A stretch of DNA of 64,000 bases from positions 55,490,001-55,554,000 of the forward strand of contig NC_043008.1 in assembly GCF_006345805.1 (NCBI RefSeq). The letters run 5' to 3'. The position numbers and the translations under genes are program-made. The notes under the pieces were generated by a model. It searched no databases, had not been told where the DNA came from, and saw only the letters and a program-made list of their open reading frames with translations. Below, one piece after another: positions 22,472-34,865 of the stretch; position 1 is the stretch's first letter; every line of letters begins with the position of its first letter. Source of the DNA: Octopus sinensis (Eukaryota).

Positions 22472-22864
22472 CTAGAAAAAGACTCCCATGTCTGCTTTAG
22501 GCAATCACTCAACCTGCTAGAAATTATAGCCAAGTTACTCTCAAGTCACACTACTGTTTTTAAAAGGAACATTAGATAATGTGGTCCAGGATATACTGTC
22601 TGAGTAAAAGATGGGAAGGTCACAGGTGGAACATCTTTATAAAGTACAATGCTGCTATGATGATTTCTTTTTATCTTTTGTAGCATTGGAGGAGAAACTA
22701 CTGTAGTGTACCTGGATGTATTGTCTGATGGGGTGGTCATGACTGGAACAGTTTTTATCATAGGCCTCTTCGACCACATCTTTGACAATGGTAACAAACC
22801 ATTGTAGGAGTTACTTGTCTTTTGCAGTTATGAGAAAGAACATTAAGTTCAGCAATTAACAAGT

Positions 22865-23130
22865 AAACAAAATTTCGTTTTGGGATTTGGTTTGCAAGAT
22901 TCTTTATATGAGTTCGTGTGTTGAAGAATATTCTGTTGTGTCTGGGGAGAGTCGTTTTCTTTTTGTGCCTTATAATGAGTCAAAACTATTGAAAAGGTTG
23001 CAAGACGCAACGAAAATTTTAGGAAAATAAAAATAAGAAAAAGGGGGAAATTTTACCGGTGAGCGTTGTTACATTATAAGGTACAAAAAGAAAATGACTC
23101 TCCCCAGAGAACAACAAGTAAACAAAAGAC
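22865..23130. mobile_element. Inverted-repeat element, probably a PLE remnant
   Basis: 37-bp arms at 22941-22977 and 23072-23108; the left part also occurs reversed at about 58940-58980. Confidence 0.55.
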
Positions 23131-24650
23131 ATCTTAAATATAAACCACTTCTTTATCTTTGGTAACTTTTTAAAGCTGGGTCAACTGAGCCATCCAAAGC
23201 TAAGTGCATTTTGCCAGGAACACAATGTAGCATCAAAGCTGGTATATGCACTACTGCACCATCAATTTTATCAAATAGGCCAACATTTTATCAGATTGGC
23301 CATCTGCAATTCCTGCTTTGATGTAGCAAGGTGGAGAACAAAATACTTCAAATGTTTTACATTAAGGGGTGATTGGATGAGAACGGGGTTACCACAACAT
23401 TAGGGTTTAACTCCAAACTGAAGTTTTACTTTTTATTTGTGGTTTCATTTTGTTTAGTTTTTTTTTTTTTTTACTTGTTTTTCTTAATGTTTTGTATTTT
23501 TTTTCTTTGCTTTTTGAGGAAAAAATTTTCTCAGAAATAAAACCATTAAATTAAATAAGAGTAGGTTGTTAAAGCAGATGATATCACCATTAGTCAACAT
23601 GTAACTGTACAAGCTAGATAATTACATACACATAAATATATGCACAATGACACAAAAATCACATACACACACACACACACACACACATACATACATACAT
23701 ACACAATCATATATAGACACACAATCACACAGAAACAAATTTCAAAATTAGTACTGTTGATATATACAGAGCGAGAGAGAGAAAGAGGGTGGTGGGTACC
23801 AAATTGGCACCAGCGAAATACTTATAGTCTATCTTGGTTTTAATATGAAGTTTGTCAGTGAGTAAGTCTTGTAATTATATTGTTAACAAAATAGTAAATA
23901 CACAGCTGTAGAAAACATTTCGACTATGTTTTGTACTATTTTTATTTTCATATAATATTAGCTATAGGTCACATTGTAGTGGAGTGATTATGCGATAGAT
24001 TGTAGAAGAGGATAAAGCAGATTCACAAGAGAAGGGCGAACGCAAATGGGGGAACAGATTCAGAAATAGCTGAATAACTTCGGTAACCCTATTATTAGGC
24101 TCGAGATCAATATTTCCCCTAATAGCTCAGCTATGTGGGAAGGCTGTCTGGGTTTCGTTAATTACTAGTCAAGCTATGCTAGTATGTCTGACAATTAGTG
24201 CTTTCATATTTACAGAGCTGAGATGGGGTGGTGGAGAGCCAGCAATACAGTTGTAGGGGTATCAAACTGGCCTGGGTGTTTTACATAGTAATCTGGTGGA
24301 TCATGGTCTCAAGTGCAAACCCTGGTAAAATAGTACAAGGGTGGTAACTAGCTATAGTATCTTTGGAATTTAAAAAAAAAATTATATTATTCAGAGAAAA
24401 TACAGAAAGGGCACCCAGTAACAGAATGCTTTGGTATGGGCCTTCAAATCCTAATGGAATCATAGGGGTAATGTTGTGAGATGTAGCATATCTTGGGTAG
24501 TTTTTGACCTGTTGAGCTCTTCCTCTCCAGGTCTCACCACAGCCAATTTCTTCCAGGAAGATGGAGAGAGACTAAGAGAAACAGAGATAAAAGTAGAAAG
24601 CAAGAGAGAGAGAGAGTGAGAGAGAGAGAGAGAGTGAGAGAGAGAGAGAA

Positions 24651-24683
<33 letters not shown>

Positions 24684-25537
24684 CAAAAAGAAAGACAGCA
24701 TGAGACAGAGAGAGAAAAAAAGAGAGTAAAATAGAGAGAAATATCATCATTTAATGTTTGCTTTCCATGCTGGCATGGGTTGGACGATTTGACAAGGAGC
24801 TGGTCAAGCTGGGAGCTGTCCAGACTCCAATTGTCTATTGTAGCATTGTTTCTATGGCCAGATGTCCTTCCTAACATCAATCATTGGGTGCTTTTTACAT
24901 GCCAGCAGCATATATATATATATATATCCAGAAAATAGAACAAGAATGCAAGAGACCTCTATAAAACATCCAGACTGGTAGACGGTGCGAAGGTGGACAG
25001 GAAAACAATAAAAAGACGGACAGGAAAAAACAAGGATGGGTCATTTGCAAGTTCCTCTCATCAGTCAAGTTACCAAATTATCCTAACTGTTTCAGGCTTT
25101 TACACTTGAGACTGTTCAAATCTGGCTGCCCAGATTTGAACAGTCTCAAGTGTAGAGAGAGACATAAAGAGAGACAAAGAAGAATTGACCCACCCATCTT
25201 CCCAGCCCCGCTTAGGAAGATTAGGATTTATTTATTGACCCCCACTCCACCTCCAGTAGGACAGATGGCAAAGCTGACCTTGGCACGACATGAACTCCTA
25301 ATACTGAGAGCCAGAACAAATACTGCAAAACAATCTGACACTCTAACAACACAGCCAATTCAACAAATATCAAACATCTGTGTGTGTGTGTGTGTGTGTG
25401 TCTGTCTGTGTGTGTGTGTGTGTGTGTGTGTGCATGTGTGTGCACGTGCATGCACACATGTCTTCAATCATAAATCTGAACCAGGGCTGATTTGGGGGTT
25501 AGTAACTACCTGTTGAATCAGGTTTTCACCTGTTGTT

Positions 25538-25582
<45 letters not shown>

Positions 25583-25852
25583 TGGCATTACATAATTGGA
25601 TGCAAACACATTACAAGTGTCATTGAGTAGTTTGCTAACTTCCCTGAGATGGTCCTACTTAAGAATAACACCAGTTCTATCTCTATCCGACACACCAAAC
25701 TATGATCAATGACAGAAGCATCAACACTCTGGCAATGTTACTAACACCACTGAGTGCCAAATGAAAGGACTTGGATTTGAGAAATGGATAAAATCATACT
25801 TTAAATTGAAAACTGAAAATTTATTCAGAAAAAAAAAAAAAGAACTAACACA

Positions 25853-26195
25853 TATAGGCACAGTGGTAAGAAGCTTGCTTACCAACTACATGGTTCTGGG
25901 TTCAGTCCCACTGCATGGCATCTTGGCCAAGTGTCTTCTACTATAACCTTGGGCCGACCAAAGCCTTGTGAGTGGATTTGGTAGATGATAACTGAAAGAA
26001 GCTTATCATATATATATGTATGTATGTATTTGTGTGTCAACCGATGCTGGTCTGTTTATGTACCCATAACTTAGAGACCGATAAAATAAGTACTAGGCTT
26101 ACAAAGAATAAGTTCTGGGGCCAATTTGCTCAACTAAAGGTGGTGCTCCAGCATGGTTGCAGTCAAATGACTGAAACAAGTAAAAGAGTAAAAGA
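25853..26195 (+). mobile_element. Family B SINE, full length
   Basis: Head, CORE-like block, microsatellite, GTGCTCCAGCATGG...GAAACAAGTAAAAGAG tail. Confidence 0.85.
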
Positions 26196-26197
26196 AA

Positions 26198-26540
26198 AGA
26201 CCAGAACAAGGTTCCACTGCATGGTGCCAAAAATCCCACCCTTGCCATCAAAACCAGATGTTGCAATAGTTCAGGATCAAGGGCCCACAGTTCTTCAATA
26301 TCTTCCAGAAAGAATTGAGAGACCTACATGGGGTGGATGTAGATGTCTTCAAATCAGAATTTCTCCAGTCAAGAGTCCCAGGTGAACCAACTTCACAGTA
26401 GAAAATGCAAACGAGGGCAGCAACATTGGACTCCCTCGTTCGCCAAAAGCCCACAAAGGAGGATTAATGAAGATGTAGCAACACCAATAGCAGTGCCCCA
26501 GCATGGTCACAGCTCTCAAGTTGAAACAAGTAAAACAGTA
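26198..26540 (+). mobile_element. CR1/L2-group LINE 3' end
   Basis: RTRFHCMVPKIP... then GPQFFNIFQKELRDLHGVDVDVFKSEF...VPGEPTSQ (frameshifted post-RT C-terminus); tail GTGCCCCAGCATGG...GAAACAAGTAAAA. Confidence 0.75.
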
Positions 26541-27139
26541 TCACCATGAAAAGCATCAACTCAAAGTATGAAAATATCAAAAGACCTCCAAGGACAATGC
26601 CAGACAACACTAAAAATGTTAAAAATAAAAGATAAAGTGCAGATACATGCTATAATTTGGTTATATACATGTTTTACTGACCAAGACCAGCCAGATCAGA
26701 GATAGGTGATCAAATGTTTGTAGTGTAGTGTAGCTTGTCTCCATGTTTTATGGATATAAAAAGAAATAAATATAAAGAAAGGAATTCTTTAAAAACAACA
26801 TACCTTCTTAGAGGTCATCATTTAGCCTTTCTGGTACCAGCAATTACATTTTTCTTGGAATAGATTCCCCGATACCTTCAACAAAAGACCTGAAGAAGAA
26901 AAAGAAATATATTGAAATGTTAATTAAAAGGTGTAGGGAATGGTGAGGGTAAATCGGTACTACATATGTTTCCAAGCCAATTTGAATATGTCTTACATAA
27001 CACACACAGACACACATATAAATAGATATATAATTATATTTATATACACAGCTAAGCTTTTCATCAGGTCAGATTACCTGCAGTTGTAAGTCAGTATCAC
27101 AAGGAAAGAAGTGAAGCATATATATATATATATATATAT

Positions 27140-27605
27140 ATCGAAATCAAATTCGATGACTGGCATCCATGGTAGCAGAGTGCTAAGAGCACCATCCGAG
27201 TGTGATCGTTGCCAGAGCGGCTAACTGGCTTCTGTGCCGGTGGCGCGTAAAAGGCACCATTCGAGCGTGATTGTTACCTGTGTCGCCTTACTGGCACGTG
27301 AAAAAATATTTGAGCAAAGTCATTGCCAGTGCTGCTGGACTGGCTCCTGTGCAGGTGGCACGTAAAAAACACCATTTGAAAATGGCCATTGCCAGTACCG
27401 CCTGACTGGCCCTCATGTCGGTGGCACGTAAAAGCACCCACTACACTCTCAGAGTGGTTGGTATTAGGAAGGGCATCAAGCTGTAGAAACTCTGCCGGAT
27501 CAAGATTGGAGCCTGGTGCAGCCATCTGGTTCGCCAGTCATCAGTCAAATCGTCCAACCCATACTAGCATGGAAAGTGGATGTTAAACAATGATGATGAA
27601 GATGA
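27140..27605 (+). mobile_element. Long family F retroposon
   Basis: Multiple subrepeats; homologous to 49187-49550. Confidence 0.85.
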
Positions 27606-27714
27606 TATATATATATATATATATATACATATATATAAAATAAAATACAAATGGGACAAGAACATCCAGACAACTGGGTGATACAAGGACGCAAAACATA
27701 TATATATATATCTA

Positions 27715-28005
27715 TGTATTGGCCAAGAGGTCAGACTGTTGCACTCACAACTGCGAGTTCATGGTTTCAATTCCTAGACCAGGTGGTGCATTGTATTCTT
27801 AGGTAAAGCACTTCATCTCACATTGCTCTGTGATCACTTTGACACCTGACGCATGGTACACATTGCACCTGTTCAGACAATGTCAATCTAATGGAGAGAG
27901 TGAGCTAATGTGTGACACGAACATTTGATCGCTTTAAACATTTGTGCAGATCGCTTGATAACAGTTGAACACTCATATGTTGTCATCAACAGGAGAGTCC
28001 ATCAT
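27715..28005 (+). mobile_element. Degenerate tRNA-derived SINE (further family)
   Basis: TGGCCAAGAGG / GGTTTCAATTCC boxes, C-like core, unique body. Confidence 0.6.
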
Positions 28006-28449
28006 ATATATATATATATATATATTATATTGAGGGAATTACTATAAATAAATGCCACACGCTATAGTAATGCCTTCAATGTGATATAAATAAATTTAAG
28101 AGAAAAATTGATGAATTTTTCTCTTATGAGGTTTTTCACACTTGATAAATTCTTATAAAGATTTTATCCTATTTTTAAATTATATATATATATGCTGTTA
28201 CTGAAGCTGCTGATGAGGGTGCTAGGTGGCTTTGAATTAAGAGAGCAAGCCAAAGGTTTTCTGCGACTGGGATGCAAGCTGGGACTTGGTTAATCCCAGC
28301 TTTGTCAATTAGGAAGATGAAGTCTGATAGTGAAAGACCAAAAAGCCCCTGAGAGTCCAAAGACATCACTGGTGAGGCATTCCGGAGCATCCATGAGATG
28401 AAACCTGCTACAAGACACATGAACTGGTGACATGTTTTTGCCACAAAAG

Positions 28450-28920
28450 TGTGTGAGGTTCACTTTACGTTCGCCAGAATATCTCCGTTTCGACGGGGAT
28501 TTTTCAAATTTTTTAATTTTTTCACGGTGCCCTTAGAAATGATGGTGAGCAAAATCGAGCAAAATCGGTCGGGCGGGGGGCGAAGGATGGGGTAAACAAA
28601 AAAAAAACATCATTTTCGAAAAATTCCTTTTTGCTTAAATGCTCTTCGTCATTTCCATGAGCACCGGGGGGGAAAAAATCTGAAAAATCTCCATCAAAAT
28701 GGAGAAATTCCAACTTGTGTGTGCTACCTATCGTTGGCGTCCACCGAACGTTAACTAGGAGACTGTGGGGTTTCGCTATAAAATAATATTTGTTAAACAG
28801 TTCTAATTTAAGCCCTCGCAGAAAACCGATAATGCCATAGTCCCACTTAATGCTAACCGAGCCTAGCAAATACCAAACGACGAGGTGTATATTCGTAACC
28901 TGTTTGCTTTGTCACTGGGC
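28450..28920. mobile_element. Unclassified CpG-rich DNA-transposon-like fragment
   Basis: Abrupt CpG enrichment and sub-terminal-like motifs (AATATCTCCG, TTTTCAAATTTTT); no TIR pair identified. Confidence 0.4.
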
Positions 28921-29359
28921 CAAACTACAAGTTATAAACAATAACGAAATCGAAAATGGGAAACAAATGGGAGGAAACAAAATTAGGCCTTCAAAAAGAA
29001 ACACAAATGCATGATACATTTCCACTATCTCTTAACTGAAGATTGGGTTTTGGGATTTTCTTATTCATACCACGTTTCTGTCAGTATTATCTATCTATTA
29101 CGTCTCTCTCGATTTTCATATGACTACATTTAGATGCTACAGGATAAAAACGGAGGGGGGGGGGTTCAGGTATATTAATTTCTATGTTTTTGGGGTTTTT
29201 TTTTTTGTTTCCTATGAAGGATATTGCAAGTCAACCCATCAGAGTCAACAAACAACTAAAAATAAACTAATGATATTTTTACAGAATGTTGGTCCTTAGA
29301 CAAGGATTTATCAAGCAAACTACAGTGAACAAGATGAAAGGGAAAACATTGTGATCAAA

Positions 29360-29810
29360 AGAGAGAGAGAAAGACAGAGTGAGAGAAAGACAGACAGAGT
29401 GAGAGAAAGACAGACGGCGTAAGAGGGAGAAAGAGAAAGGCAGAGAGAGAGTAAGAGAAAGGCAGAGAGAGAGAGTAAGAGAAAGACAGAGAGACAAAGA
29501 GGGAGAAAGAAAAAGACAGAGAGTAAGAGAAAGACAGAGAGACAAAGAGGGAGAAAGAAAAAGACAGAGAGAGAAAGACGGAGTAAGAGAAAGACAGAGT
29601 AAGAAAAAGACAGAGAAAGACAGAGTAAGAGAAAGACAGAGAGAGAAAGACAGAGTAAGAGAAAGACAGAGAGAGAAAGATAGAGAGAGAAAGACAGACA
29701 GAGACAGAGTAAGAGAGAAACAGACAGAGACAGAGTAAGAGAAAGACAGAGAGAGACAGAGTAAGAGAAAGACAGAGAGAGACAGAGTAAGAGAAAGACA
29801 GAGGGAGAGT
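29360..29810. repeat. Purine-rich GAGTAAGAGAAAGACAGA minisatellite
   Basis: Direct inspection; source of the LSLSLS ORFs. Confidence 0.95.
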
Positions 29811-30229
29811 GATAACTAAATGATTGAAACAAAAATTTTCCTTAGAATTAAACATCTATTGAAGCTTTTAAGTATTAGTTATGAAAGAAAGATGATAAAA
29901 TATACTACAGATTGTTTTATATTTCCTTTCAACGTATCTAATAAGGCTGGAGATAAACACTTCGAAGCCAGTTTACAAGAAGAACAATAAATGGCTGAGC
30001 AGCGGAGCTCGCTTGTAAAAAGAAAATGAATTCTGTCAACCAGCAAATATCTCTTTCCTTGTGCAATGAATTTCATAAAGAAACAAACCAGCAGCTATTA
30101 GATCTCTCATTTTTTCCTAATCTCCAACATAACTTGAATACCGTGTTGAAATCGTTGCTTGTAAGTTGGTGGAGGAGACGAGAAAGAAAAAGATTACTAC
30201 ACAGACTGGAATCACAATCTTCCTAAATG

Positions 30230-30264
<35 letters not shown>

Positions 30265-30267
<3 letters not shown>

Positions 30268-30460
30268 TTTTATTCTTTTACTGGTTGCAATCACTTGACT
30301 GCGGCCATGCTGGAGCACCGCTTTAAAGGGTTTTTAGTCGAAGAAATCGACCCCATGACTTATTCTTTGTAAGCCTAGCACTTATTCTACCGGTCTCTTT
30401 TGCCGAACCACCATCAGTTGACGAGCGAAAGTGTGTGTGTGGTGTGGCAAACAGACACAG
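30265..30460 (-). mobile_element. Family B SINE tail
   Basis: GCGGCCATGCTGGAGCACCGC. Confidence 0.8.
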
Positions 30461-30539
30461 AAATATATATATATATATGAGTAAAACACCCCCATCCAAT
30501 GGACGGTGCTGAGTTGTCAAACATTTAAACCAAATTTTC

Positions 30540-30971
30540 TCAAAACAACTTGCCCAACCGTCCCATAGGCCTCCCCTTTGAGAAACATAACAAATATTTA
30601 GCCACATATGGACATGATCCAAAAAGTTCAGTTCTTGAATTTAGACATGTAGCAGGGTTTAGGCTGCTTTTCCAGATGAGCCATCTTTCCATATCACAAA
30701 GACCACACTTTCCACTGCCGTTGGTGTAGGGCTTACACTTGGCTAAGATCTTCCAATGGATGTTGTAACTGACACCTTTATCATTTAAGGACCATATATG
30801 ACTGGATAATTTGGGCATTTTCCTTTTATCCCAGTGCCTGAAGCTCAAGGTGTGATTATTGAACCTGGCCTTGAAATTACCCTCTGTAAGGCCCACATAT
30901 TTCTTCGTCGAAACCGTGTCCTTAGTGGATATAGAGTCCACGGTGGCTTCATAAATGATGGTCTCAGACAT
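30540..30971 (-). pseudogene. GIY-YIG endonuclease domain of a 5'-truncated Penelope-like retroelement (element about 30480-31040)
   Basis: IIYEATV...KKYVGLTEGNFKARFNNHTLSFRH...LSSHIWSL...WKIL...CGLC...LNSRTEL...C; upstream CSCRN / LCPLNGAC Cys motif, apparently across a 1-nt frameshift. Confidence 0.85.
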
Positions 30972-31120
30972 GCAAGCTCCATTTAACGGGCATAAATTTT
31001 ATTCCTGCATGAACAGCTGGTTTCATATTGTGGTTTTTGTGTGCTGTGTACGATTAAATTTTTAAAATTAGTAGTTGAGCTGAAACTGATTTGGTCATCT
31101 CGTAGCTATAGTATAAAATG

Positions 31121-31167
<47 letters not shown>

Positions 31168-32085
31168 CAGGGTTCTTTCAGTTGTCTACCAAATCCACTC
31201 ACAAGGCTTTGGTTGACTCGAGGCTATAGTAAATGACACTTGTCCAAGGTATCGTCATACAGTGGGACTAAATCCAGAACCATGTGGTTGGGAAGTAAAC
31301 TTCTTACCACATAGCCATGCCTGTACCTATATATATACATAAATATATAGGGAGAGAGGTGGGGCGAAAGGTTGATTGTGGCCATTACATTGCAAGAGAT
31401 AAGAAAATTTTAATTGTATCATCATCAATTAACATCTACTTTCCAGGTTTGCCAGGGTCAGATGGAATTTGTTGAAGCAGATTTTCTACACCCAGGTACC
31501 CTTCCTGTCTCCAATCATTGCCTGTTTTCAAGCAAGGCAATAACTTCCCAAAACAGGACATATTCTTCACAGAAGACTGGAAGTAAATAACATTTCTTGT
31601 ATAATGATGATGCTGATCAACAACCATCACATGACATCTAGACAAGGATATACAAACGATGATGATAATACATACATGACAAGCTTCCTTCAGTTTCCGT
31701 CAACTAAATCTACTCACAATGTTTTAGCCAGGCCTATAGGAGAAGACATTGAAGTTACCATGCAGTGGAATTGAACCAAAGACCACAAAGTCAAGAAGCT
31801 CCTGTAAAAATGTTGGAGTTCTGTCATGTTGGCTTGCTGACCATGACCATCGTATGTCCAAATTTGGCCAAATGTGTTTTTTTTTTTTTCAATATTTATT
31901 TTTGCTTACAATAGCTAGTTCTTTTGGTCAAACTATCTTATCTCCAGCTGCTTCAAATGCCAAGATATCAAAAATTGCCAAAGTGTAGTACAACAGTTTT
32001 GCTAAGGAATGGCGGAACTATTTTTTTCGTTTTCTGAAAAAGCAATGTTTTGGACTTACGACACTTTTGCATAATAGCAACAATA

Positions 32086-32385
32086 TATATAAGAAAGAAG
32101 GTTTGAAAATGCAATTTTAAAAGATGTTTATTTACTTTACCAGTTTCACTTTTTAGAAAAAGATTGTCAAAAGTAACATGTAAAAGTTTGGTTGTGTTAA
32201 TTATTGGTTGTCACAAAATGCTACAATACAAAATGCTACAAACTGTTACATGTTACTTTTGACAATCTTTTTCTGAAAAGTGAAACCGGTAAAGTAAATA
32301 AACATCTTTTAAAATTGCATTTTCAAACCTTCTTTCTTATATAATTCCACTCGTGCGGTACCTTACAACTCCACTTTGTTTGTTT
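32086..32385. mobile_element. Foldback PLE pLTR remnant (about 100-bp arms, 50-bp spacer) with a degenerate hammerhead core
   Basis: Arms 32086-32189 and 32240-32343; CTGAAAAG-T-GAAACCGGTA at 32273-32291, AATAAA at 32297. Confidence 0.7.
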
Positions 32386-32392
32386 GTTTATT

Positions 32393-32437
<45 letters not shown>

Positions 32438-33361
32438 TCCCCACTACCACATGACAAACGCTGCTGGTGTGTTTACATCCCTGTAACTTAGCAGTTCAAC
32501 ATAAGAGACCAATAAAATAAGTTCTAAGCTTTAAAAAATAAGTACCAGGGTCGATGCATTCAAGTAAAAATTCTTCAAGATGGTGCCCCAGCATGGCCAC
32601 AATCTAATGACTGAAACAAGTAAATGAAGGATCAAATATGAACGGCTACAACTCTAATCATCTTCTTTAAAATTCAACCAAGAATTTTCATATTAAATGA
32701 ATTTGTAACAAGATTTGCTGAGCTGGTAGTTATAGTCTTAATACTGATTTCTTCTGACAAAAAGACTCAAGACCAATTTTTTTCTAAGAATTGATGCCAG
32801 TGTATTATTTGTTCCTGTGCTTGGTTTGGTGCATTGAAAATCAACAGCATTGAGAAACCATTATTAAAAAACAGTGAATAGATTGTGTTTAATAATGATT
32901 TCCTTTACAAATCGAATTATTGTGTCTACTTAGCAATTTTGGCCTTCCATACATTGTGTATGAAAAGAGTGGATTTTTATATGTGCAACAAGAGTTGAAT
33001 CCTGAATGTTTCTGTGATGTTCCCATATACTCAGATGAATTACAATTGTGTTATATAATGCTGAATATGTAATTGTATATAAATATGCATGTTTATGCTA
33101 AATGTACATACATATAATTTGGAATGTTGAAATCAATGATACTACATGAAAAAGATTACAAAATGAGAGTAACCATATGAAAATTATATGGAAATAATAA
33201 ATCTGTATTCACCACTCAAACTCCTGATTTTATTTTTCAGTTATTATTATTATTATTATTATATATTATGTGGTTAAGAAGTTTGCTTCGCAGCCACAAG
33301 ATTTCAGGTTCAATCCCATTGCATGGCACCTTGTGAAAGCATTTTATACTATATTATTATA

Positions 33362-33780
33362 GGTGTAGGAGTGGCTGTGTGGTAAGTAGCTTGCTTTCCA
33401 ACCACATGGTTCCGGGTTCAGTCCCACTGCGCGGCACCTTGGGCAAGTGTCTTCTACTATAGCCTCGGGCCAACCAAAGCCTTGTGAGTGGATTTGGTAG
33501 ACGGAAACTGAAAGAAGCCTGTCGTATATATGTATATATATATATGTATGTATGTGTGTGTGTGTGTATATGTTTGTGTCTGTGTTTGTCCCCCCAATAT
33601 CACTTGACAACCGATGCTGGTGTGTTTATGTCCCCGTAACTTAGCGGTTCGGCAATAGAGACCAATAGAATAAGTACTAGGCTTACAAAGAATAAGTCCT
33701 GGGGTTGATTTGCTCGACTAAAAAGGCCACAGTCAAATGACCATGGCCACAGTCAAATGACTGAAACAAGTAAAAGAGTA
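33362..33780 (+). mobile_element. Family B SINE, full length
   Basis: Very similar to 62245-62660; short duplication in the tail. Confidence 0.9.
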
Positions 33781-33789
33781 TAGCTATGA

Positions 33790-34090
33790 AATGACCAAAC
33801 CTTTGTGAGCAGAAACTGAAAGCAGTTCCTTTGTGTGTGTGTGTGTGTGTGTTTCCTTAGCTTGACATCAAGTGGCGGCTGTAAATGAGTGTCTTTATCA
33901 TACAAGCAGTATAATTTTTTCCCAATGTGCTGTGAAAACATGTACAACCATGTGAAAACATTTGCTTGCTTAGAAACAGGTCAAAGTTAGGCTGGCAATA
34001 GGAAGGGCATCATGCTGTAGAAAATCTATTTCAATGAATTTCATCTGACCCATGCCAGCATGAAAAAATGGACGTTAAAACAGTGATTAT
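33790..34090 (+). mobile_element. B-type core plus (GT)n plus family I tail
   Basis: GAAACTGAAAG...(GT)n...AGGAAGGGCATC...CCCATGCCAGCATG. Confidence 0.65.
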
Positions 34091-34184
34091 GTGAGAAGGG
34101 GCAGAGAAAAAGATACAGCTTGATAAAGATAATCACCTCCTATATGCACACACATACCTACACACACACACAAACATCATCATC

Positions 34185-34395
34185 ATCATCATTGTTTAAT
34201 GTCTGCTTTCCATGCTGGCATGGGTTGGATGGTTCAAATGAGGACTGGCAAGCCAGGAGGCTGCACCAGGTTTCCAATCTGGTCTGGTAAGGTTTCTAAA
34301 GCTGGATGCTCTTCCTGACACCAACCATTATGAGACTGGTGGTTTTTACATGCCACTGGCACAGGAGCCAGTCAGGCGGCACTGGCATCAGCATG
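34185..34395 (-). mobile_element. Family F retroposon
   Basis: (CAT)n tail, TTTTTACATGCCACTGGCAC reverse subrepeat. Confidence 0.75.
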
Positions 34396-34689
34396 TACAC
34401 ATATTCAGGCATAAAAATATATATGCACTACATATATATATATCTGTCAACACACTTAAACAAAAAAGGAACATATTGCCGTAACAAAAAAAAAAAAAAG
34501 AAAAGGATTAATTATTATTCTACAAATAATTGGCAGAATCTGCAAATTGTTGGATAAAATGTTTTTGCTGGCATTTGTTCTGGCTGTCTTACATTCTGAG
34601 TTCAAATCCAGCCGAGGATGAATTTGCTTTTCACATTTTCAGGATTGATAAACTTAAGGCTAGTTTTCTGGATTTTGTAGAGTATATAT

Positions 34690-34865
34690 TCCCCACTGGA
34701 TGGAACCCTGATCTGTGGCAGGTTTAATCATTTCTGCCAGCTGAGTGGAGAATAATTCAAAATGAAGTGTTCTGCTCAAGAACACAACACCTCACCCAGT
34801 CCAGAAATTGAAACCACAATCTTATGATCATAAGCACAACACCCTAACCACTAAGCTACATACCA
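34690..34865 (-). mobile_element. Family C SINE, degenerate
   Basis: CCAGCTGAGTGGAG core, CTAACCACTAAGC reverse A-box. Confidence 0.75.

Noticed and set aside
22684-22790. Plus-strand exon candidate IGGETTVVYLDVLSDGVVMTG...
   Set aside because: Good acceptor but weak donor, no partner exons, no recognisable homolog; it conflicts with the minus-strand candidates. Not excluded.
25050-25110. Minus-strand GAAAC...CTGATGA as a type II hammerhead
   Set aside because: No NUH site or helix I can be formed between the motifs.
27140-27605. Twister or pistol ribozyme identity for family F subrepeats
   Set aside because: Superficial resemblance only (GCCGGT, A-rich linker); the full set of required helices and catalytic residues cannot be mapped. 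Kept only as the pseudoknot hypothesis.
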